From contig JBGUGD010000023.1 of NCBI GenBank assembly GCA_041697335.1, forward strand, positions 96,001 to 160,000: a stretch of DNA of 64,000 bases. The letters are read 5' to 3'. Made by a program: the position numbers and the translations under genes. The notes below the pieces were generated by a model. The model was not told the DNA's origin and did not search any database. It saw nothing but the letters and a program-made list of their open reading frames with translations. This document shows, one piece after another, positions 40,467 through 51,236 of this stretch. The stretch's first letter is position 1; each line of letters opens with the position of its first letter. The stretch is from Vampirovibrionaceae bacterium NZW_1234 (GTDB lineage: Bacteria; Cyanobacteriota; Vampirovibrionia; Vampirovibrionales; JAGQHJ01).

Positions 40467-41504
40467 TTATAGAATTCCCCGAGGCAGGTGGCGAACTTGT
40501 CGTTGTTGAAGCGGCAAGGGTGTCGCTGTTTTGGTTGATGACGCCTCTTTTCGCGGCAGGGTGAGCATGGCCTCGATGTCATTGATGTGCGTGACAACTT
40601 GGGCACCCAGTTTCCCCGGATTGACGAGTGGGGAGCCATGACGGATTGCCGCTAAAAAGGCATGGGTCTGAACTTCCAGAAGATTGTCGGCGATACGAGC
40701 CTCGACTGGCAAGTGGTTCAAGACGGGTACCTCCTGACGTTGCTGCCCTTCCAGGATCATAAGCGCTTTTTCCGCAGGCTGGTGGAAATCGAGGACGGCG
40801 ATTTTCGATGCGCCGGTGACGACGATTTCATGCGTTCGTGATGCTGCCCGGCCATTAACCTCAATACTGGCATGGCGTCCGGACCAGCTTTTAAAGGCGG
40901 TAAAATAGGTGGCCGTGGGATCCATAGACGTGTGATGGCCGGAACAAATGGCGCCTGTTGTCTCAACAGGCTCGTTCAGGAGAAATCGGAGCAAGGCAAT
41001 ATTGGTGTGCCCCCACTGTTCCCACACATGCCCAACGGGCCTGTCTTCAGAATGGGCATGCTGGTAAATCCGAAGGGTTGAAATGGGTCCCAGAACATCG
41101 TTGTGAATCATCTGATACAGGGTTTGGACAGCACGGTGAAAGAGGAGCGGGTATCCTACTGCCAGACATAAAGCTCGTTTATTGGCGTGATGCACCAGTC
41201 GTTCTGCATCGTCAGCAGAAGGTGTCAACAAGGATTCAACCAGGACGGGTTTATTTTGGGCCAGGCATTGATGTGCAATGTCGTTGTGGGTTTGCGTGGG
41301 CGTGGCGATGATCGCGGCTTCCGCGCCGGATGACAGCAGAGCCTGGGAAAGGTTGTCGAAACACGCCACGTTGGGATAGCGGGTTTGCAGCTTGGCCAGT
41401 CGTTGCGGATCGCGATCGCAAATTGCGGCTAGCTCACCCATGTGTGCCAGTGTCGCTGCCCAGGCATTGCCCCATTGTCCGCACCCAATCAGTAAAATGC
41501 CCAT
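40467..41504 (-). CDS. Gfo/Idh/MocA oxidoreductase (degenerate)
   Basis: GCGQWG Rossmann motif, IIATPTQTH, KPVLVE. Confidence 0.8.
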   Translation of the reverse strand: MGILLIGCGQWGNAWAATLAHMGELAAICDRDPQRLAKLQTRYPNVACFDNLSQALLSSGAEAAIIATPTQTHNDIAHQCLAQNKPVLVESLLTPSADDAERLVHHANKRALCLAVGYPLLFHRAVQTLYQMIHNDVLGPISTLRIYQHAHSEDRPVGHVWEQWGHTNIALLRFLLNEPVETTGAICSGHHTSMDPTATYFTAFKSWSGRHASIEVNGRAASRTHEIVVTGASKIAVLDFHQPAEKALMILEGQQRQEVPVLNHLPVEARIADNLLEVQTHAFLAAIRHGSPLVNPGKLGAQVVTHINDIEAMLTLPRKEASSTKTATPLPLQQRQVRHLPRGIL

Positions 41505-41572
41505 CGTCTAAACTCTCGTGACGCCCCGCTGCTTATTTTACCGGCCCAGACCAGCCTACCCACTAGATTACT

Positions 41573-43162
41573 TTAAATTGGCTCTGCCGACAAGGAAGGT
41601 CCCGCTTCAGGCGCCGGGGAGAGCGTACTGGAGAGGACGTGATAATACTGTTCAACTTCAGCCCGATCGTCAAAGGCGATGGTTCTGTCGGCCAGAATCT
41701 GATATGTTTCGTGGCCTTTTCCGGCAATCAGGACCAGGTCATCCGGATGAGCCAGGTTCAGGGCGTGATGAATCGCCTGTCGGCGATCGGGTTCAACGAT
41801 CATCCGTTCCGGGCGAAACCGCTCGATGCCGGTGAGAATGTCGGTGATGATTTGCTGCGGATCTTCCGAGCGGGGGTTATCCGAGGTAATGACCAGAATA
41901 TCGGCGTCTTTTTCTGCAATCATCCCCATCTGGTGCCGTTTGGCAATGTCTCGTTCGCCGCCGCAGCCAAACACGAGAATCAGGCGACCCGTCGGGGTAA
42001 GTAGGTTACGAGCCGCACACAGAACGTTTTCCAGACCGGAAGGTGTGTGTGCATAATCCACAATGACGGTTGGACGTTGGTGGACACGTTCAAAACGGCC
42101 TCGAATTTCCGTAATTTCAGACAAGGCCTCTTGAATGACCGGAATCGGGACCTTCAACGCCAGAGCGGCAGAAATGGCTGCCAGAGCGTTATAAATGCCA
42201 AACTGGCCAATAAGATTGAGTTTTACTGGAAAGGCTTCCGCAGGCAAGACACACGTAAACGTGGTGTGCTGCAATTCGTTACGAATGTCTGTCGCAACGA
42301 CATCGGCTTTGGGCTTGGGATTATTGGCCGACGCCACGGCATAGTAAACCCGGCGAACATGGGGGGGGCAATGCGACTCGAAGTGAGACACATAGGGATC
42401 ATCCGCATTCAGCACCGCGATTTTAGTCTTGTTTTCTTCGGGTTCAAGGGATTGGAATAGCAGTGTTTTTGCTTGGACATAGCGTGTTGTTGATTTATGA
42501 AAATCCAAGTGCTCAGGCCAAATGTTGGTCAATACGGCCATATCGAAATGGCACCCTGCAACTCGGCCTTGTGCCAGGGCATGGGAGCTGACTTCCATGA
42601 CCACGGTATCGATCTCAGATTGGGCCAGTTTGGCCAATAAGGCTTGCAACTCATCGGCTTTGGGTGTTGAGGGTTTTGCCTGAATGGGATCACATAAGCG
42701 CTCGGATTCCAATCCCAGCGTGCCAATGACTGTGGTGTTGCGATGATGTTTTTTCAGAATGTGATCCAGAATATGTGCGACCGTGGTTTTTCCATTGGTT
42801 CCGGTAATTCCGATCATGGTGAACGTTCGGCTGGGATCCTGAAAAAAACGGCTGGCTAAGGTGCCCAGAATTTGATGGGTACTGTGGACCGAAAGAATGG
42901 CACACTGATTTAAAATTGCGGGCGGGATGCTTTTCGGATTTTCAACGATCAGCGCAATCGCACCCTGGACAACGGCATGTTCTGCAAACTCGTGCCCATC
43001 AGTAATATGGCCCGGCATGCAAACAAATACGGCATCGGGTTTGACTTGGCGAGAATCCGAGAACACGCCTGAAATTTCCCGGTGTCTCACTTGGTCATAG
43101 AACTCGGGATTGATAAGGGTGACCTGATCCCCAAAGTCGGAAAATAACGCTTGCAATTGCAT
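41573..43162 (-). CDS. murE: UDP-MurNAc-tripeptide synthetase (meso-DAP-adding)
   Basis: GITGTNGKTT, MEVSSH, VDYAHTP, FGCGGERD, DNPR, AGKGHE. Confidence 0.95.
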   Translation of the reverse strand: MQLQALFSDFGDQVTLINPEFYDQVRHREISGVFSDSRQVKPDAVFVCMPGHITDGHEFAEHAVVQGAIALIVENPKSIPPAILNQCAILSVHSTHQILGTLASRFFQDPSRTFTMIGITGTNGKTTVAHILDHILKKHHRNTTVIGTLGLESERLCDPIQAKPSTPKADELQALLAKLAQSEIDTVVMEVSSHALAQGRVAGCHFDMAVLTNIWPEHLDFHKSTTRYVQAKTLLFQSLEPEENKTKIAVLNADDPYVSHFESHCPPHVRRVYYAVASANNPKPKADVVATDIRNELQHTTFTCVLPAEAFPVKLNLIGQFGIYNALAAISAALALKVPIPVIQEALSEITEIRGRFERVHQRPTVIVDYAHTPSGLENVLCAARNLLTPTGRLILVFGCGGERDIAKRHQMGMIAEKDADILVITSDNPRSEDPQQIITDILTGIERFRPERMIVEPDRRQAIHHALNLAHPDDLVLIAGKGHETYQILADRTIAFDDRAEVEQYYHVLSSTLSPAPEAGPSLSAEPI

Positions 43163-43243
43163 AATAGGCTCTGATCCCCAGATGACTCTGCCTTATTCTA
43201 GCATCCTTCCGCGTGGGGATGTTGGTGCCAATGGCAATAGAGC

Positions 43244-43702
43244 CTAAGCCAAGCCTAAATCCTGGGCAATAGCCAGTGCACCCGCGTCATCCAGTAATTC
43301 GCCGGGACGCCGGAACTTTTTTGCAATCTTCATCATCTTGGACAATTCATCGAAGGATTGATCAAACATCTCTTCGTAGAATTCCTTAAATTCAGGATGC
43401 TCCTTTTTATTGGCGAGTGCCAGATTCCATTGCTGTTTAAAGAAATGTGTTTTTTTGATTTTTGCAGCTAATACGGGGTTCCATTTGGCTTTCATCATAT
43501 CCCGATACGCTTCTTGTTGATTTAACCATTCCAATAGCGGAGTGCGCCGCCTCCCAGTCAGCGGATCACAGTTCTCCTGTCGTTTTGGCCCTGAAAATTT
43601 TGAGATGGGCGAGCCATCGTACCCAAGCCTGAAAGGTGTTCCAGAAGGTGAACATCCGCAGGATTTTGTCTGTTTTTTCGAAAACCAGTCCAAACTGAAC
43701 AC
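43244..43702 (-). CDS. Hypothetical protein
   Basis: Start re-assigned to GTG 43702 after a G-rich SD-like sequence. Confidence 0.6.
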   Translation of the reverse strand: MFSLDWFSKKQTKSCGCSPSGTPFRLGYDGSPISKFSGPKRQENCDPLTGRRRTPLLEWLNQQEAYRDMMKAKWNPVLAAKIKKTHFFKQQWNLALANKKEHPEFKEFYEEMFDQSFDELSKMMKIAKKFRRPGELLDDAGALAIAQDLGLA

Positions 43703-43966
43703 AGTCCGTTTCCCCCGACTTACTCCCAATGCACTCTGAATTGATGTGACTTTACAAATTATAGCAAGTATCGGTAGTTCTGTCTTCGATGTTAAAGATT
43801 TTTTAAGGGTATCCACTCTAAAAGATACCGTCTTGTAGATTTTATATATTCAATTTAATGATAGAGAAACGAGAGGGATACCTTTCTTTATCTCGGGTTT
43901 TTCAGTCAGAGAAATGCTAGGATAGAAAATAGAAACAGGTTAGTCATTCAGCGTGGAAGTTACTAC

Positions 43967-44776
43967 ATGATGAACGTCCTCGGTTCGGGTTTACGTCTCC
44001 ATCGCATTGCTGTCTCACAGGTATTGCTTTCGGCCCTGTTATTCTCGGGCAGTTTCTCCTCTGTGGATCTGCCGGCTCATGCGGCTTCGGAAAAAGTTGA
44101 ATCTCACGCAGATGATGCTCACGCGGTTGCGTCGAAACGTCAGTATATTCAGTGGCAACAATTGCCTCCAGGCAAAACCCGTCAGGCTTTCGATGCTTAT
44201 GGTTCCAAGCTCATAAACAATCTCAATCTGGTAGCGCTGGAAAACGGTAAGCCCACGTTGATTCGGGGCGGCGGGTTTACCAAGGCCGGGTTGAACTGGT
44301 TGGTAAATGACATGGGGGTGAGGACCATCATTGATCTACGCGGCCGCTTTGCTGATGACAAAACAAACCAGATCATCGTGCATTCCCCGGAACTCTTGGC
44401 GAAACATAAAAAGGCAGGAACCTTGGATCAACTGGAAAACTTATCTCCTGCCGAGGTAAAAGCCTATGTTGCCGAATTGAGTCGGCAGAAAAAAGTGCCC
44501 ATTCAGTATTACAACATCAAGGCAGAAGATCCGGCTACGATGACTTATTTGTCAGCTTCTTCTCCAGAAAATCCTGTGGCGATGTTCTGCCAATATGGGG
44601 TCAATCGGAGTGGTACGGCCTGGGGTGCTTTCGTTGCGCAGCAGGGCTGGCCGATCGAGCAGGCTTACCAGCACTTTGGAATTCGCAACGACCAGGGTGA
44701 GATCCGCAATAAGCGTGACATTCTGTACGGGTATAATGTCCATCGCTATCGGTCGAAACAGGCGCCTTTAAAATAA
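43967..44776 (+). CDS. Secreted protein-tyrosine/dual-specificity phosphatase-like protein
   Basis: Signal peptide AHA-A; LIRGG, GVRTIIDLRG, CQYGVNRSG CX5R loop; TGCTAGGAT at 43915-43923. Confidence 0.8.
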   Translation: MMNVLGSGLRLHRIAVSQVLLSALLFSGSFSSVDLPAHAASEKVESHADDAHAVASKRQYIQWQQLPPGKTRQAFDAYGSKLINNLNLVALENGKPTLIRGGGFTKAGLNWLVNDMGVRTIIDLRGRFADDKTNQIIVHSPELLAKHKKAGTLDQLENLSPAEVKAYVAELSRQKKVPIQYYNIKAEDPATMTYLSASSPENPVAMFCQYGVNRSGTAWGAFVAQQGWPIEQAYQHFGIRNDQGEIRNKRDILYGYNVHRYRSKQAPLK

Positions 44777-44785
44777 CGAGGGGAT

Positions 44786-46186
44786 TTAAGCCGTCGTTGT
44801 CATGGGCCTTGGTTTACCAGGTTTTGCCTGGGTTACCGTATAGTGTTCGATGATTTTGCCCAGCCAGTCATTCACGTGGACAACCGATTGCCAGTCTACT
44901 CGTTCTCGAACGGTATGGGCCTCCTCGATATGAGGCCCGATCAGAATGGCATCAAACTGCTCGCCATAGGCATTTTTCTTATTGGCCAAAATACTGGCCT
45001 GGGCTGCTGCATGTATGGGCCCCACCTGGACCTCGGGGCCGTTCATGGCTTTGGAGGCGTCTTGGCATACGCCTGGTAGTACCGATTTCGGATCGCCCTG
45101 CCAGGCTGGATAGTGTTCCTGCCAGTCCATTTTGATTTTTAAATTGGGCTGGGTCTGACGGTGACGTCGCTCGTAATTGCGAAATAGTTGGTCCATCCGG
45201 GTGAGTTCTTTGCTTTGTGCATCTTTATCGAAGCTGCGCATCATAATGGTCATGTTGGCAGACTCCGGGATGGCGTTTGATGCTGTTCCGCCCTGCATCA
45301 TGCCAATGTTCTTGGAAATCAGGGGCATGTTCGGGTAATGCGGATGCATGGTCACCGGACCGGTTCCGATTTTTGGAACCATGCGCGACATTAGATCAAT
45401 GGCATTCAACCGATTCGGGCGGGTAATATCAACGCCGGAATGGCCGCCATTGGTCCCGGTGACCTTGACGTTGATCTCCACAGCACTTGCCAGACCGTTG
45501 ACGACTTTGAAGGCGTTAAACTCATCCACCACAATGACATGTCTGGCTTTGAATTTTGAGGTGTCCAGCTTTCGCAAGGAGTCACACGAGCTTTCTTCAT
45601 CGGGGGACAATACGATCTCAATGGGGACATGGGGTTTGTTTTTAAGGTTGGCGACGTTTTCAATAATGATGGATAAGCCCCCTTTGTCGTCGGCCCCCAG
45701 GGTGGTGGTACCATCCGTTCCGATAAATTCTCGTCCCTCGTGCTGGAAAAGACGCCGTTGGACCGGCCGGGTCGGATCCAGGGGATTGCCCGCCACAATG
45801 TCCATATGGGCCGTCAGCATCAAAGGGCGTGCTTTTTCATAGCCTGGAGAACCGGGGACCCGAATGATCAGCGATCCCCATTCATTTTCTTCAATCTGCA
45901 AGTTGGGAATTTTTAAATCCTGAAAACTTTTGATCACCAGGGCTTTCATTCGTGCCATTTGCTCCGTAACAGGCTGGTGGTGCCTGGGATCGGCTTGAGG
46001 CGTTGCGCTGGGAATATCAATCATCTCAAACATGCGTCGAATAACAGGATATTGTTGGGCAAGTGCTGACATACGCTCCTGTCCTTGACTGTTTTCGGCT
46101 CCAAAGCGATTGTTTCCTGCGTGCTTTTGGGGCAGGGGCGTCTGCAATGCCATGGGTTTGAATTGTACACAACGAACCATCATCAC
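44786..46186 (-). CDS. M20 family metallopeptidase (peptidase T-like) with N-terminal RFG extension
   Basis: AHMDIV, LGADDKGG, DEE, GGHSG, AHTVRE. Confidence 0.88.
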   Translation of the reverse strand: MMMVRCVQFKPMALQTPLPQKHAGNNRFGAENSQGQERMSALAQQYPVIRRMFEMIDIPSATPQADPRHHQPVTEQMARMKALVIKSFQDLKIPNLQIEENEWGSLIIRVPGSPGYEKARPLMLTAHMDIVAGNPLDPTRPVQRRLFQHEGREFIGTDGTTTLGADDKGGLSIIIENVANLKNKPHVPIEIVLSPDEESSCDSLRKLDTSKFKARHVIVVDEFNAFKVVNGLASAVEINVKVTGTNGGHSGVDITRPNRLNAIDLMSRMVPKIGTGPVTMHPHYPNMPLISKNIGMMQGGTASNAIPESANMTIMMRSFDKDAQSKELTRMDQLFRNYERRHRQTQPNLKIKMDWQEHYPAWQGDPKSVLPGVCQDASKAMNGPEVQVGPIHAAAQASILANKKNAYGEQFDAILIGPHIEEAHTVRERVDWQSVVHVNDWLGKIIEHYTVTQAKPGKPRPMTTTA

Positions 46187-46570
46187 CTAAAACTCCCAAC
46201 ACATGACTCATTAATCATTCTTTGTAATATAAAAATAAAGTTTTTGCATGAACAACTTTGTCGGGCTATTAGGCCATAGAGCAATAGGTGAAAAATATAT
46301 TGGGACGCTCTAACAAGATGTCGTCGTTTGAAGGCCTTCAGGAGTGGCCACGTGTCTTCTCCCAGGATTTTTTATCGCTGATTTGCGTGCGCAATGATCT
46401 CTTTCCAGAGGCGTTCCGGAACGCTTCTCCATGATGTTTCGTGACACGTGTAATCGTGAAGGTTATTAATAAAGTCGAGAGAAAAAATTGGATGCTGACA
46501 TATACGTCCATGCTCAGAACAAAATCATTCGGGCCGGAACGCAAAAGTCGAATATTCAATTGTTGATGGG

Positions 46571-47887
46571 TTACTCCCCTCGAGCCGGGCCAGGATTGGC
46601 AATGGTGTCCGGGAGGATCTCCGTTCTGAGGGAGACGGCATCCAGCTGGCCGTTACGAAGGATTTGAAAATTAATGGTGGCATTAACCGGTTGGGAGCGG
46701 ATAAAGTCCTGGATTTCCTTGGGACTTCTCACGGCCTTGCCGTTCATACGCTGAATGACATCGCCCTGCTGAAACCCGGCACGAAAAGACGGGCTGTCGG
46801 GCATGACCTGGGCTACAACAACCCCGTTGGTCGTTTCAGGTAGGCCAAGACTCTTGGCCAAGTCCGGTTTCAGCTCGGCCATGCTGATCCCAATCCAGGG
46901 CCGAGTGATTTTGCCTTGGGTGATCAATTCATTGGTGATCTTCTTGACCGAGTCAATGGGAATGGCAAAGCCAATGTTTTGGCCTGTTCCGGCAATGGCG
47001 GTGTTGATCCCAATGATTTCGCCTTTGAGGTTCACCAACGGGCCGCCGGAATTGCCCGGGTTAATGGCGGCATCGGTCTGGATGAAATCGACGTTTGCAT
47101 TAATGTCGGGAACCTGACGAGACAGCGCACTGACAATCCCCAGGGTGACGGTATGATCAAAGCCCAAGGGTGAGCCGACTGCGATGACCCAGTCTCCGGG
47201 GCGAAGGATTGAACTGTTTCCCATAACTGCCGGACGCAGGCCGCTTGCACCATCCATCTTCAACACGGCAATATCCGTCATCGGATCGCGGCCAACGACT
47301 TTGGCGTTGAACTTTCGTCCATCATTGAGTGTAATGATGATCTCATTGGCCCCTTGGACCACGTGGTTATTGGTCAGCACATAGCCATCGGGACTGATGA
47401 TGACCCCGGAACCGTTTCCACGAAGTACGGGCATCCGCTGCGGAACGCCTTGAAAAGGAACCATGTTACCCCCGAAGAAGCGTTCAAAAAATTCCGGACC
47501 AAAGGGCGTTACTGCAGCAGCCGGGTTTGCCGTTTTTTTAATGTCAATATTCACGACACTGGGAGCAATGTCCTGAGCCACATCGGCGATAATGCTGGAA
47601 GAACTGGAAAAGAGTGAATGCTCAGCGGAGCGGTTGACCAATTGAATGGGAGAACGCTCAGGCGCAGAACCTAAAAGTTGTACAGAATGAGTTTGCTGGG
47701 AAGGCACGCCGAGAGAACCCAACGTAAGGACTAATGCGGTAGAAGCCACCAAGAAGGCACTTGCCGAGAGCAAAACCGGGGCGGATAACTTGGATTTTGC
47801 TTTGACAGTCGGTAGCATGGGCTCCTCAGCGTTTGGAGATTGCTCAAGACCAGTACTCGTATGCGGATCCATCGTGTGCTTATCCAT
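46571..47887 (-). CDS. htrA: HtrA/DegP serine protease with one PDZ domain
   Basis: TNNHVV, DIAV, IQTDAAINPGNSGGPL; start at MDKH after AAGGAG. Confidence 0.92.
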   Translation of the reverse strand: MDKHTMDPHTSTGLEQSPNAEEPMLPTVKAKSKLSAPVLLSASAFLVASTALVLTLGSLGVPSQQTHSVQLLGSAPERSPIQLVNRSAEHSLFSSSSSIIADVAQDIAPSVVNIDIKKTANPAAAVTPFGPEFFERFFGGNMVPFQGVPQRMPVLRGNGSGVIISPDGYVLTNNHVVQGANEIIITLNDGRKFNAKVVGRDPMTDIAVLKMDGASGLRPAVMGNSSILRPGDWVIAVGSPLGFDHTVTLGIVSALSRQVPDINANVDFIQTDAAINPGNSGGPLVNLKGEIIGINTAIAGTGQNIGFAIPIDSVKKITNELITQGKITRPWIGISMAELKPDLAKSLGLPETTNGVVVAQVMPDSPSFRAGFQQGDVIQRMNGKAVRSPKEIQDFIRSQPVNATINFQILRNGQLDAVSLRTEILPDTIANPGPARGE

Positions 47888-48042
47888 AGGGTGCAGTGCT
47901 CCTTCAACAAACAGCGTTTTCATTTTTCACATTCAGTGTAATGCAAAGAGGAAAAGGGTCAAGCCGAGTTCTCAGATGTCTTGAGATTCCGACAGACTTA
48001 CGGTATAAAGATGACTATCATCAAAGGAAGAAGTTCCCATTC

Positions 48043-49452
48043 GTGGATTTAACACTTAAAGATACGTTACAAGAGTTTTTGCTTCACCATGACCTTATTG
48101 GTCGCGACAGAGAAGCGCATTTTATAGTGGCCTTCTCCGGCGGGCGTGACTCTACTGCATTACTGCACTGCCTCGCTGAACTCAAGACTTCTTCCGATGT
48201 CGGGATTAATATTACGGCGGCATATTATTGGCATCCTTGGCGTCCCTTGCAGCAAGATTTGCAGGTTGTCCATCAAAGTTGCAAAGCGCTGAATATTCCC
48301 TGGGTGATGTTAACGCCGAATTTAACCTTGCCGAAAACGGAAACGGCGGCCCGGGAAGATCGCTACCGGCAGTTAACCAAACTGGCGCTGGATTTGGATG
48401 CGGCGGCAATTTTAACCGCACATCATCAGGACGATCAGATTGAGACCATTCTGTTTCGCTTGTTCCGGGGAACAGGGCTGGATGGCATCACCGGGATTCC
48501 TTCCCTTCGTCTGTTATCCGACGATACCTCCAAGCCGGTATGGCTGGCCAGGCCCTTTATTGATACCCCGAGAAACCGGGTTGACGACTATGTTCAGGCT
48601 CGAGGCTTGCGCTATGTGGATGACCCCACGAATACCAATACTCAACTCAAGCGTAATGCCATTCGCCATGAGCTGCTGCCTCAAATTGAACAGGCGTTTC
48701 CCCATGTCAGACAATCCATCATTCGTCTGGCATCCCTGGTTGAGGGTGAAATCGACATTATTGAGAATAAAATTGATGAGATCTGGCAGGATGTCTTCGA
48801 TTCGGAAGAACAAAGCCTGGATGAGATCCGTTTTAATCAGCTCTCGCCACCGTTTCAGCGCCGAATTATGCGCTGTTTCCTGAATCGGGCGGGGCAAGAA
48901 GCCGGTTTTCAAAAAATTGAGGATATTATTGGCTTTTTGGCTGGGAAGAATCGCAATATCCAGATGCCTTCGTTGCATTCTCTGGATGCCAAGCACTTTC
49001 TGCATGTCTATCGCAACCGGATTACGATTGAGTCTCCTCAACAGTCCAGCATTGCTCCTGTGCCTGTTCAGATTCCAGGCCAGGTGACCCATCTGGATTT
49101 GAAGACCACGGTTTCGATTATTCCCTTGACCGCCGAGCAAAAGCTGAGAAATATCGATTTTTCACGGCTGCCGGACAACGAAGTTTACGTGGATCTGTCC
49201 AAATTCACCGGCAGTGAGCTGATTCTGCGGTCCCGTCAGAAAGGGGACCGGATTAAGCCTTTAGGGATGTCGTCACCGATGAAGCTCAAACGGTTTTTCA
49301 TTAACCGGTGTATTCCACGCTTTAAACGTGACAGTATCCCCCTGCTTGCCGCAGACTCGGAAGTCTTGTGGGCGGTTGGGGTTGAAATCAGTGAACAAAT
49401 TCGGGTCAAGGATCGGCCCACCCATTTGATAACCGTAAAAAAGGAAGTGTAA
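48043..49452 (+). CDS. tilS: tRNA(Ile)-lysidine synthase
   Basis: AFSGGRDS, TAHHQDDQIET, DPTN, RNAIR; precedes hpt; start re-assigned to GTG 48043. Confidence 0.92.
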   Translation: MDLTLKDTLQEFLLHHDLIGRDREAHFIVAFSGGRDSTALLHCLAELKTSSDVGINITAAYYWHPWRPLQQDLQVVHQSCKALNIPWVMLTPNLTLPKTETAAREDRYRQLTKLALDLDAAAILTAHHQDDQIETILFRLFRGTGLDGITGIPSLRLLSDDTSKPVWLARPFIDTPRNRVDDYVQARGLRYVDDPTNTNTQLKRNAIRHELLPQIEQAFPHVRQSIIRLASLVEGEIDIIENKIDEIWQDVFDSEEQSLDEIRFNQLSPPFQRRIMRCFLNRAGQEAGFQKIEDIIGFLAGKNRNIQMPSLHSLDAKHFLHVYRNRITIESPQQSSIAPVPVQIPGQVTHLDLKTTVSIIPLTAEQKLRNIDFSRLPDNEVYVDLSKFTGSELILRSRQKGDRIKPLGMSSPMKLKRFFINRCIPRFKRDSIPLLAADSEVLWAVGVEISEQIRVKDRPTHLITVKKEV

Positions 49453-49453
49453 C

Positions 49454-50020
49454 GTGCCGACTATGACTCAAACGTCCTCCATTCCTGACACACTGCAGGT
49501 CCTGATCTCGGAAGAACAGATTGATACCCGGCTGCAAGAAATGGCCGATGAGATTAATGTCCTCTACAAGGATACGGAAGCCTTGATCCTGGTGTGTATC
49601 CTTAAGGGTGGGTTTATGTTCGCCTCGGATTTGGCTAAAAAACTAACGGTTCCTTGCCAGATTGAATTTGTGCGCTTATCCAGCTACGGGAATTCTCAAA
49701 AAACGTCAGGGGTTGTCAAGCCTGTGGATCTGACCCTTCCCCCCCTGAGCGGCAAAGATGTGCTCCTGGTAGAAGACATTGTCGATACCGGGCTGACCTT
49801 GAGCTTCTTTATGGAGTATCTGGAGTCGTTGCATACGCCCAAGTCGCTCCGGCTTGCCGTGTTGCTGGACAAGAAAGAGGCTCGCCAAAAGCCTGTTAAA
49901 ACCGATTTTGTGGGCTTTGAAGTCGGAAATCAGTATGTGGTGGGTTACGGCTTAGACGATAAAGGGTTCTATCGGAATTTACCCTATATTGGCTATTTCC
50001 CCATGCCGGATTCCGATTAA
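49454..50020 (+). CDS. hpt: Hypoxanthine phosphoribosyltransferase
   Basis: LSSYG, VLLVEDIVDTGLT, VVGYGLD, YRNLPYI. Confidence 0.95.
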   Translation: MPTMTQTSSIPDTLQVLISEEQIDTRLQEMADEINVLYKDTEALILVCILKGGFMFASDLAKKLTVPCQIEFVRLSSYGNSQKTSGVVKPVDLTLPPLSGKDVLLVEDIVDTGLTLSFFMEYLESLHTPKSLRLAVLLDKKEARQKPVKTDFVGFEVGNQYVVGYGLDDKGFYRNLPYIGYFPMPDSD

Positions 50021-50033
50021 GAGAGTCTCTCGG

Positions 50034-51131
50034 ATGATGCGCCCCGGCTTTACCGTTGCCGTGATGATTCCGACTGGCATTGGGGCCAGCATCGGAGGAT
50101 TTGGCGGTGATGGTATGGTGTTGCTGCCCATGCTGTCCTCCATCTGCGATACGGTGATTACTCATCCCAATGTTGCCAATGCTGCCTGTTTCCAGACGCT
50201 GCCGTCAAACACCCTGTATGTGGAAGGCTATGGGCTGGATCAGGTTTTTCGAGGCCATTGGGGTCTTAAGCCGGTTATTAAGAACCGGATTGGCATTATC
50301 TGGGATTCCGGGATTTGCGAGGCCATGGAAACCCTGCATCGCAATACCATTGCCGGTGTTGAAACGGTTTATGGCGTTGATGTGGTTGGCGTTCAAGAAA
50401 CATCGAGCCCTGTGGGGCTTGAAATCTGTGTGGGCGAATCGGGTCGCTCCACGGGGAAAATTACCAATCCCGATGTGTTGATCGAGGCGGGGCAGGCGCT
50501 TTTGGAACAAGGGGCAACGGCCCTTGCGGTATGCTGTTTAATGCCCAAGATTGATACGCCTGAAGATGAGCAGGCCTATAAACAGGGTCAAGGGGTTGAT
50601 CCCATTGCCGGTTTGGAGGCGATGATTTCCCATTTACTGGTCTCTCATTTCCGTTGTCCTGTGGCTCATGCACCAGTCTTCGATTATGAAGACGCCCTCC
50701 CGGTGGTGGAGTATCTCGTGGATCCCAGGGCGGCTTCGGAATTTATTGTGTCGACGTTTCTCCCGTGTGTGCTGACGGGATTGGCCAAAGCCCCCCAGTT
50801 TTATGAGCTGCCCACACTCACACCGGGCATACAATGGGATGATATTCGTGCGGTTGTGGTTCCAGCCGATGCGTTGGGGTCTCCAGGCGTGCTTCGGGCT
50901 TTGGAAAAAAAGATTCCGGTCCTGGCTGTCGAGAATAATGCAACTGTGATGACCTGTGATGCCACAGCACTGAATGCCGACGAGCATGTTATCCGCTGCC
51001 GCACCTATCTGGAGGCGATGGGGCACCTGGTGGCATTGAAAGCCGGAATAAAGTTGCCTGCTCATATTGTGTCGCCTTCTGCGGTGCATCATCTGCATCC
51101 TCATGGAGTGGCTTCCTGTTGCGATTGCTAG
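50034..51131 (+). CDS. DUF3326 family protein
   Basis: IPTGIGASIGGFGGD, ITHPNVAN, LYVEGYGLD, GVDPIAGLEAMISH. Confidence 0.85.
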   Translation: MMRPGFTVAVMIPTGIGASIGGFGGDGMVLLPMLSSICDTVITHPNVANAACFQTLPSNTLYVEGYGLDQVFRGHWGLKPVIKNRIGIIWDSGICEAMETLHRNTIAGVETVYGVDVVGVQETSSPVGLEICVGESGRSTGKITNPDVLIEAGQALLEQGATALAVCCLMPKIDTPEDEQAYKQGQGVDPIAGLEAMISHLLVSHFRCPVAHAPVFDYEDALPVVEYLVDPRAASEFIVSTFLPCVLTGLAKAPQFYELPTLTPGIQWDDIRAVVVPADALGSPGVLRALEKKIPVLAVENNATVMTCDATALNADEHVIRCRTYLEAMGHLVALKAGIKLPAHIVSPSAVHHLHPHGVASCCDC

Positions 51132-51236
51132 CAGCCGTTTTTTGCAGGGCGGGAACATCAGCCTTGGTCAGGAAGGGGCGGTATGGATCGATGGTGATTT
51201 ACGAGTTGAATGAAACGTATAGGTAGAGCCAGAGCG

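Noticed and set aside
48220..48250. TilS YWHPWR in place of the usual NHGLR
   Set aside because: Other catalytic motifs and tilS-hpt synteny are intact; probably lineage drift
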